Shown: piece after piece, positions 28,806-34,735 of the stretch | How positions within the stretch are numbered: the stretch's first letter is position 1 | Layout: every line of letters begins with the position of its first letter | Origin: an uncultured Lachnospiraceae bacterium | GTDB taxonomy: Bacteria > Bacillota > Clostridia > Lachnospirales > Lachnospiraceae | DNA length: 34,735 nucleotides | Direction of reading: 5' to 3' | Assembly (NCBI GenBank): GCA_945485625.1 | Contig: CALYSH010000001.1 | Location: 1-34,735 of the forward strand | The notes under the pieces: generated by a model | The model's input: the letters and a program-made list of their open reading frames with translations, nothing else | The model's database searches: none | What the model was told of the DNA's origin: nothing | Position numbers and translations under genes: made by a program

Positions 28806-29525
28806 CTATTTCTCCGCAGTCTTTACCGGGAAAATCGAACTCTCTCCCATGTCCAGATACAATACGCCTTTGGCTTGTCCAACCATTAATACAGGGTCTG
28901 TTTCCGTATGGTCGATTCCCTCCGCAGACAGAACACACCCCCATCCATCCCGGTCTGTAAGCTTCTCGCAGGTCAGAAAGAAATCGGCCTGTCCATAGGT
29001 CACATCAAACACCACCCCGGAGAGCTCTGTCTTTAAGCGGCCCACATACTCCGGCCTGCATTCCAGATAGAGTTGTCCCTCCTGACCCTTAGGGGTAAGC
29101 ATAAAATAGGTTTCGTAGTTTTCGGTGGTTATTTCCACCTTCTCATAGTGGTTCCGATTGACATATCCGGCATTCTCAGAGGTGAACTCAACCGCCTTCC
29201 CCACGGGAGTGCCCAAATTCATCATATAGCGGTATCCTTTTTCCTCCGCTTCAAAAATCTGAAGCTCATAACACTTTTCTTTTCCCATAAAGACATCCAC
29301 CCTTATGGTTTTGGGCAAGGTCTTCTTGAACTGCCAGAGATATTGTTTCCCGTCAATCCAGCAGGTTCCATCCTCCAAAAACTCACACCGCAGTCCGTCC
29401 TCTCCCGGTATTATCCATTCACCCGCCACGATTTCCGGACGATATTTATCGGAACGTTCTCCACATGCACAAAGCGCCAAAAAAAAGCAACACATTACTA
29501 AAATAATGCCAATTCGCCTTCTCAA
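28806..29525 (-). CDS. Hypothetical lipoprotein
   Basis: TTG start 29525 after GGAGG; basic N-terminus, hydrophobic stretch, lipobox LCAC; own promoter upstream. Confidence 0.7.
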   Translation of the reverse strand: MRRRIGIILVMCCFFLALCACGERSDKYRPEIVAGEWIIPGEDGLRCEFLEDGTCWIDGKQYLWQFKKTLPKTIRVDVFMGKEKCYELQIFEAEEKGYRYMMNLGTPVGKAVEFTSENAGYVNRNHYEKVEITTENYETYFMLTPKGQEGQLYLECRPEYVGRLKTELSGVVFDVTYGQADFFLTCEKLTDRDGWGCVLSAEGIDHTETDPVLMVGQAKGVLYLDMGESSIFPVKTAEK

Positions 29526-29555
29526 TCCAATGCCCTCCAGTTTCTTTCTGAAACC

Positions 29556-29585
29556 ATTATAGGCATTCCCCCCTTTGTTTGTCAA
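29556..29585 (-). promoter_or_regulatory. Consensus sigma-A promoter for the lipoprotein gene
   Basis: TTGACA-N18-TATAAT. Confidence 0.8.
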
Positions 29586-29598
29586 TTCCATCCGAACT

Positions 29599-30759
29599 CT
29601 AGCGATACTGAAGAACCACCTTCCCACACATAATCTCATCCCCCGGTTCCAAGGCTCTTCTCTCATAGGGCTGCATCCGGTTTCCATTCAGGAAAGTGCC
29701 GTTTGTGGAATTCAGATCCTCCAGGCAGATTACATTTTCCTTTGTCTTTACAATTCTTCCATGCAGACGACTGACCGATAGGTCTTCCAGATAAATATCC
29801 ACCTTGTCCCTGTTCTTCCCAATCAGTAAAACCTCCCGATCCACCGACACCAATATTTTCCCGTCCGAGGAATATATTTTGTGCAATATCTTTTTCTGAT
29901 CCCTATGAGGCTCTAAATACACAGTCTGACCATATTCCTCCTCATTGTAATCCGAATCCTCCGCAACCGCATAAGAATAACCGGACTCCTCCCAGGAGCT
30001 CTGCTTTTGAAACGGATTCTCCTTTTCCTTCCCCTTTCCTTTTTTTCGTTCAAATCTGGCCAAAAGGCTCTTTTTCTCTGGGACCTGTTTCTCAGTGCCC
30101 GAAGGATTTATATTGTTTTCTTCCATCCCGGTTTCAACAAGTTCTTCTCCGGAAGGCAATCGTTCCTCCGGCTTTTCACCGGTGATTTCTGCCTTCTTTA
30201 TAAAGGAATTCTCCTCGAAGTGTTTTATATCTTCGAATATCTGATTTTGCAGATATACCTCCCCCTTCTTTTCACTCTGCTCATAAATGTGGTACACCAG
30301 TTCCACAAGCTTTTCATCTGAATAATCAATATGTTCTACCAGGAAACCAAGAAGAGTCAGAAACTGATTCTCCCCCTCGTAATAGGGCACATATAGGAAA
30401 GAAAAAATATTCTTCTCCAAATCCTGATAAATCTGCTCCGGTACCCATAGCACATTGCTCTCCTGCAATAAAAACCGTCCCAATTCGTCCCGTATGTGTT
30501 TTACACTCCAGAAGAAATCCAAAAACCACTCCCGGTTGATGGAATCCTTTTGATACAGTAAAGAAATATTCTGTTTGGAGGTGATATCATAGTACAGATA
30601 GGCAGTCCCATTTACATATCTAAGGTCACAGGGAAGCAGACCCTTGATTCCCCCGCGGCTCAACATTGCATACTGATATTTGTGCTCCTGAAAATCATTC
30701 TCCAGACAAATCCTTTCATAATTACTGTGAAGACTTCTGATGTATTCTGTTTGTATCAT
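29599..30759 (-). CDS. DUF6382-like N-terminal domain plus C-terminal FHA domain protein
   Basis: FHA motifs LIGK, VSRLH, LEDLNSTNGTFLNG; ATGA-coupled to the TadE-like gene. Confidence 0.85.
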   Translation of the reverse strand: MIQTEYIRSLHSNYERICLENDFQEHKYQYAMLSRGGIKGLLPCDLRYVNGTAYLYYDITSKQNISLLYQKDSINREWFLDFFWSVKHIRDELGRFLLQESNVLWVPEQIYQDLEKNIFSFLYVPYYEGENQFLTLLGFLVEHIDYSDEKLVELVYHIYEQSEKKGEVYLQNQIFEDIKHFEENSFIKKAEITGEKPEERLPSGEELVETGMEENNINPSGTEKQVPEKKSLLARFERKKGKGKEKENPFQKQSSWEESGYSYAVAEDSDYNEEEYGQTVYLEPHRDQKKILHKIYSSDGKILVSVDREVLLIGKNRDKVDIYLEDLSVSRLHGRIVKTKENVICLEDLNSTNGTFLNGNRMQPYERRALEPGDEIMCGKVVLQYR

Positions 30760-31217
30760 ATTTCCTTATCCTTTCCCTGTTTCACCTTTCGACAGGCCCT
30801 CAAAAAGAAGGTCACATTCCTGCGACGATTTATACACTCCGCCCGGATTTTTCTTTTTTCTCCGAGTCTGAACAGCCTCCCTCCCCATATCTTCATGGAA
30901 GCAACCTGTTTCAAATATATTTGGCTGCCTTTTAACTCAATCCGGGGGGATTCACGCTCCAAGAAAAGAAAACGTTCCACATACAGGCTTTCCTCCTGTC
31001 GTTCCATTTCCTTCATCAATTCCTCCTTACTTCCCCGGAAAACCGATCCCCGCAAAGCCAACACTTCCAAATCCTGCTCCAGCTGACAGCGGTTGTATAC
31101 CAGAAATATCCAACTCATCAGAAAGAACAAAACCGGAAATACCACTGCCAAAACCAGTGCTGCTTCCACCGTAAAATATCCTTTTTTCTCCGCTATAATT
31201 TCTGACACATTTGTCAT
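30756..31217 (-). CDS. TadE-like pseudopilin
   Basis: Prepilin motif KKG|YFTVEAA followed by a hydrophobic helix. Confidence 0.8.
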   Translation of the reverse strand: MTNVSEIIAEKKGYFTVEAALVLAVVFPVLFFLMSWIFLVYNRCQLEQDLEVLALRGSVFRGSKEELMKEMERQEESLYVERFLFLERESPRIELKGSQIYLKQVASMKIWGGRLFRLGEKRKIRAECINRRRNVTFFLRACRKVKQGKDKEI

Positions 31218-31220
31218 TCA

Positions 31221-31658
31221 TTATTCTCCTATCAATAAGAATGCTATCATCAAAAAGGGTAGAAAAGGAACCGTTCCTGTAGCCTTAACCTTCTTCCCGA
31301 TCAACAAAAGGATACTGACAATAGAAAGAAGGAATAACCCCAGCCCCAAAACAAGCAGGCATCGATGTAAGCCCATCGCAAGACCCAGACAGCAGACTAT
31401 AACGCCATCCCCATAACCAACCATGGTAGTGACAAAGCTGAAAAGCATCCATATAATACCCGGAAGCATTCCCTGCAAAAGGATTCCCGGGGGAAGATTT
31501 GTTCCATCCATCCGTAGAATCCCCAAAGCCAGACTCAATACTCCTCCGAAAAAGAGAATCCCTACAGAAATTCTCTTTTTCATCACATCCATAACACTTA
31601 CGATAACCAGATAAACTGTCAGTATAATTTCCAATTGTTTCCTCCCTACCTTGCGCAT
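31221..31658 (-). CDS. A24 prepilin peptidase (TadV/CpaA type)
   Basis: First Asp in MDVMKKRI, GYGD motif, VPFLPF; short form without a methyltransferase domain. Confidence 0.85.
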   Translation of the reverse strand: MRKVGRKQLEIILTVYLVIVSVMDVMKKRISVGILFFGGVLSLALGILRMDGTNLPPGILLQGMLPGIIWMLFSFVTTMVGYGDGVIVCCLGLAMGLHRCLLVLGLGLFLLSIVSILLLIGKKVKATGTVPFLPFLMIAFLLIGE

Positions 31659-32647
31659 CTGGAACAGGGCCGGTATTTCTTCTTTTCCTTTTCTGTGATT
31701 CGATAGATGGTTCGCTTCAAACCCGGACAGTCCACCTCAAAATGATAACAATCCCCCTCATCGGTAATCCAGGTTTTTCCCCAAAATCTCCTTTTCCCAC
31801 AGGTCTCACATTTCCGGTATTTCCTTCCGTATTGATTTCGCGAAGAAAGCGCTTTTGTCAATGATACCTGCTGTATGGACAAATCCAGATGGGTGCACTC
31901 CCTTTTGCAATGGTAAACCTCCCCATAATCAGTCACATAGTATTCCTTCTGCTTCTTATTTTCTTCTTCGGTTCCCGGAATCCAATACCCGGTCCAGGCA
32001 TGGGCATAATAATGATTCTGAATCAGGATATCCGGATACCCCACCGACTCGCAAAAGGGGCTGACCCGATAGGTAACCGTCAAGTCTATAATATCCGGGT
32101 GCTCCGTCAAATCACTTCCCACAAACCGGAGTCCCTCCGGTCCGTAGGTCAGAGGGGAAGCCTCCAGGTAATCCTCCCCCAGTCGTTCCACCAATCTTCC
32201 CTTTACATAACTGTAGGACAGGGCAACATCCGCCAGGTCCCTCCACCAGTCCTGCTTTTTTTCTTCCGAATGGGCAATCGTCTCTTCTCCGGTAAAGGCA
32301 TAGCTGTACAAACACAGGTCCGATCCCACATCCCAGAGTCCCATCTCTATCTTCCCGTGGAGTCGCAAAATCTCCAGAAAAGAAAGTAAATTCAAGAAAA
32401 AAAACAGAAAAACCGGTAATAAAATGGCAGCTTCCACTGTCATGCTGCCCTGATTCCTCTTTTTTCGCAGGATGCCCGGCAATGCCTCCTTTATGGATTT
32501 TCGTATGCAAGTACTGCCCGGAATGAAATTCACGACAGCAGATGAACAGGCGTGGGCGCGCACTGTTCGCAGAATGTTTTCATGGTTCGGAGAAGGATTT
32601 TGTTTTATAGTTTCTGTTTGTTGTTTCTTCATCCATAAAGGGGACAT
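31646..32647 (-). CDS. TadE-like pseudopilin with C-terminal tandem His/Cys modules
   Basis: NQG|SMTVEAA plus TM helix; two YH-x4-C...CxxC repeats. Start position uncertain. Confidence 0.8.
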   Translation of the reverse strand: MSPLWMKKQQTETIKQNPSPNHENILRTVRAHACSSAVVNFIPGSTCIRKSIKEALPGILRKKRNQGSMTVEAAILLPVFLFFFLNLLSFLEILRLHGKIEMGLWDVGSDLCLYSYAFTGEETIAHSEEKKQDWWRDLADVALSYSYVKGRLVERLGEDYLEASPLTYGPEGLRFVGSDLTEHPDIIDLTVTYRVSPFCESVGYPDILIQNHYYAHAWTGYWIPGTEEENKKQKEYYVTDYGEVYHCKRECTHLDLSIQQVSLTKALSSRNQYGRKYRKCETCGKRRFWGKTWITDEGDCYHFEVDCPGLKRTIYRITEKEKKKYRPCSRCAR

Positions 32648-32661
32648 CGCCGGGCACCCTC

Positions 32662-34131
32662 CTAATATTTCGCAGTTCTTGTAATCTCAAGCTCGTATCC
32701 GTAATCACTGACCACTTCCGTGTATGCCTCCAGGGCCGTATAGCATGCATCCAGGCAAAAATGTCGGTTCCCCGGAGTCCTGCGGATATTTGCTTCCGTC
32801 AGATTCATTGCCCTGTCTGTTACCGACTGCAGGTCTGTCATTGCAAGCAACAGTCGCAGATAATCTTCATAGGATAATCCCTCCTTACATTCCATATCAT
32901 CCATTCCGTCGTCCAAAAGACTTCCCAGTATACCGTCCAGGCTGTAATGCCAGGTCTCCGCAGTCTTCATCAGAGGAATTCTCCCACCCCTCATAATCTG
33001 CCTTACGTCGTACAGGCTCTCCGCGAATGCCCAGCTAAGGACAAGGGACATGGTAAACACATCCTTCCAGTCCGGTTTTAAGAGCAGCACCGCCACTGCA
33101 GAACCCAGTGCCTTGGCCTGTCCATACTTTTCCGAATCCGACATCAGATAGATCAGATTCGCAGCATCCCGGATGGAACTGATACGAAGCACCACGTTCT
33201 CCAAATTCTCCGGGTCCGTTTTTTGGCCGCTGATGAAATATTCCACCTGATACTTCAAGGCACCCTCCTGCTCTCTCCTGTAACAGCCAAAGTATTTCAT
33301 CAGATATTCCCGGAAAAAAAATGGCATGGTAAGAGCCTCTTCCTCCGGCAGCTCATCAATCGGAAGATTCCCTTCGTCCACCTGTCCCTGCTTCATACGT
33401 TGTAATATCAACCCGTCGTCGTACAAAACAGCATCGGACAGTTGGCTTGTATCCTCTAAAACAAGGCCAAGGATATTTTCCGCCCGTTTCATGCTGAGCT
33501 CATCTGTGGGATTGTCCAGCAAAAGTCCTGCCCATTTATCATCTGCAGAATCCACCTCTTTTCCCCGTATTTTCTGAATTTCCTCGCTGATTTGCTTTTT
33601 TTCCTCTGCCAGGTCCCGACCTTCCAATTCCTTTTCCTCCACGGTTTCCACCCAGCTTAACAGCGTATCAAGTCCCGTCAGCCCTACATCATCCCGGACA
33701 GCCTCTGCAGCCTCTCTTCGATAGATTTCCCCTCTTCCGTCCGTCAAAATTGACACTTTTGTCACTTTTGTATTTTTCGGTTTTATTTTCAGGAAATCCT
33801 GATACAAGACCTCCTGAAGCGGCCCTGAATCTTCTTCACTGCACTGCATATTCCGTTCCAGATAATCCGTCAGATGCTGTCCGGTGTTTTCGCAACCGGG
33901 AGAAGCTGTCCCATAGGAGGAGTCAACTGCCAACAGATTATAGTCGGCAAACAGTATCCTGTGATACTCCCCCAGCACGCTGTTTAGTCCAATCTGCATC
34001 ATACATTCTGCTTCCATGCGGATGGTATTATAGCGCACCCCTTCAAACAGAGATAAAAAAAGGGACAGGATAACGGTTAAAACCAATGCCATATATACAG
34101 TCAGATATCCGTTTTCTTTCTTCCCGGTCAC
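32662..34131 (-). CDS. Large Tad-associated pseudopilin-like protein (DUF5702-like)
   Basis: ENG|YLTVY plus hydrophobic helix; LKYQVEY, WAFAESLYDV, GLSYEDYL; GAGG RBS before a GTG start. Confidence 0.75.
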   Translation of the reverse strand: MTGKKENGYLTVYMALVLTVILSLFLSLFEGVRYNTIRMEAECMMQIGLNSVLGEYHRILFADYNLLAVDSSYGTASPGCENTGQHLTDYLERNMQCSEEDSGPLQEVLYQDFLKIKPKNTKVTKVSILTDGRGEIYRREAAEAVRDDVGLTGLDTLLSWVETVEEKELEGRDLAEEKKQISEEIQKIRGKEVDSADDKWAGLLLDNPTDELSMKRAENILGLVLEDTSQLSDAVLYDDGLILQRMKQGQVDEGNLPIDELPEEEALTMPFFFREYLMKYFGCYRREQEGALKYQVEYFISGQKTDPENLENVVLRISSIRDAANLIYLMSDSEKYGQAKALGSAVAVLLLKPDWKDVFTMSLVLSWAFAESLYDVRQIMRGGRIPLMKTAETWHYSLDGILGSLLDDGMDDMECKEGLSYEDYLRLLLAMTDLQSVTDRAMNLTEANIRRTPGNRHFCLDACYTALEAYTEVVSDYGYELEITRTAKY

Positions 34132-34147
34132 ATTTCGTTCCTCACTC

Positions 34148-34324
34148 CTAGAGTTTGTTTGTCTGATTGGTAATCTTTTTAAAAATGGAATTCACAATCT
34201 TGGTAATCTGCTCTTTAAAAATGATGACCAGACCCACGAGAACCACAATAATTAAGATAATCTCCACGGTTCCCATGCCATCCTCTTCCGTAAGAAATTC
34301 CCGAAAGCCTTTCAATTCTCCCAT
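34148..34324 (-). CDS. Flp1-family type IVb pilin, 58 aa; absent from the ORF track
   Basis: MGELKGFREFLTEEDG|MGTVEIILIIVVLVGLVIIFKEQITKIVNSIFKKITNQTNKL*; AAAGGAG RBS; Gly(-1) and Glu(+5). Confidence 0.9.
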   Translation of the reverse strand: MGELKGFREFLTEEDGMGTVEIILIIVVLVGLVIIFKEQITKIVNSIFKKITNQTNKL

Positions 34325-34356
34325 CGCAACTCCTTTCCGTCCTTACAGACAAAGCT

Positions 34357-34735
34357 TTATATTCCAAGGCCTGTAAATGCGGGAATCATGATCATCAGCA
34401 TGACCACCCCCAGCATCAGCACCATTGGTATCAATAATTTTGTACCGGCTTCCTCTCCCAGCTTCTTTCCGTTCTGAATCCGTTCCTGGGAGCTCTGTAA
34501 TGCTTCCTCTTCCAGACGAAGAAACAGTGTACCTGTTCCTCTCTTTAGATTTTGATTCAGCAATGCTGCCAGCTTCACATAGGACTGCAAACCGGTTCTC
34601 TTCCCGAAATGCTCGTAGGCCACGCTTTCCGGGACCCCTGCCTCCGTCCCCCGATAGGCATACAATGCCGTTTCACAAGACTCGCATACTCTAGCAAAGG
34701 CACTGCGTATACACAATCAGGCTCCCACCTACACC
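34357..34735 (-). CDS. TadC-like (T2SS F family) protein, 3' fragment at the window edge, with two in-frame stops in the last 20 nt
   Basis: AYEHFGKR, LLNQNLKRG, GEEAGTKLLIPMVLML match TadC C-termini; position upstream of flp fits. Confidence 0.75.

Noticed and set aside
29526-29687. N-terminal extension of the lipoprotein ORF into the FHA gene
   Set aside because: Promoter, RBS and signal peptide place the start at 29525.
34167-34376. 69-aa plus-strand ORF
   Set aside because: Antisense to the Flp pilin, which has the RBS and motif support.
34717-34731. Stop-codon reassignment to explain the in-frame TGA and TAG in tadC
   Set aside because: TGA and TAG terminate many genes normally in this window, and no other gene has internal stops.
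1-34735. CRISPR arrays, IS or prophage genes, rRNA/tRNA genes
   Set aside because: No regular repeat-spacer pattern, transposase or integrase motif, or intergenic space with such structure was seen.

Overview
Gene-dense chromosomal window from a spore-forming Clostridia-class bacterium; gene content and order suggest Lachnospiraceae (inference). Positions 1-26.3 kb are mostly housekeeping genes: D,D-carboxypeptidase, two stand-alone DEDDh exonucleases, proS with a complete Pro (CCU) T-box, two RluA pseudouridine synthases, mecA, a PilZ protein coupled to niaR, trmL, an Lrp/aminotransferase pair, a VanW protein, a B12 radical SAM, galK, an Fe-S aldo/keto reductase, a CapA lipoprotein, YtvI, RsmF, an ACT protein and an OmpR-type two-component system. 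A CE2-like esterase plus GH20 hexosaminidase cassette and an orphan lipoprotein follow. The window ends in the distal half of a Tad/Flp pilus operon. That operon is the most interesting part: it includes a pilin-like protein with two tandem His/Cys3 putative zinc modules and a terminal putative pseudokinase-FHA protein. Two small genes missing from the ORF track were found (a 58-aa Flp pilin and a 34-aa membrane peptide), plus a candidate structured 5' leader RNA. No CRISPR array, rRNA/tRNA gene, transposase or integrase was seen. All family assignments come from motif recognition by eye, not database searches.
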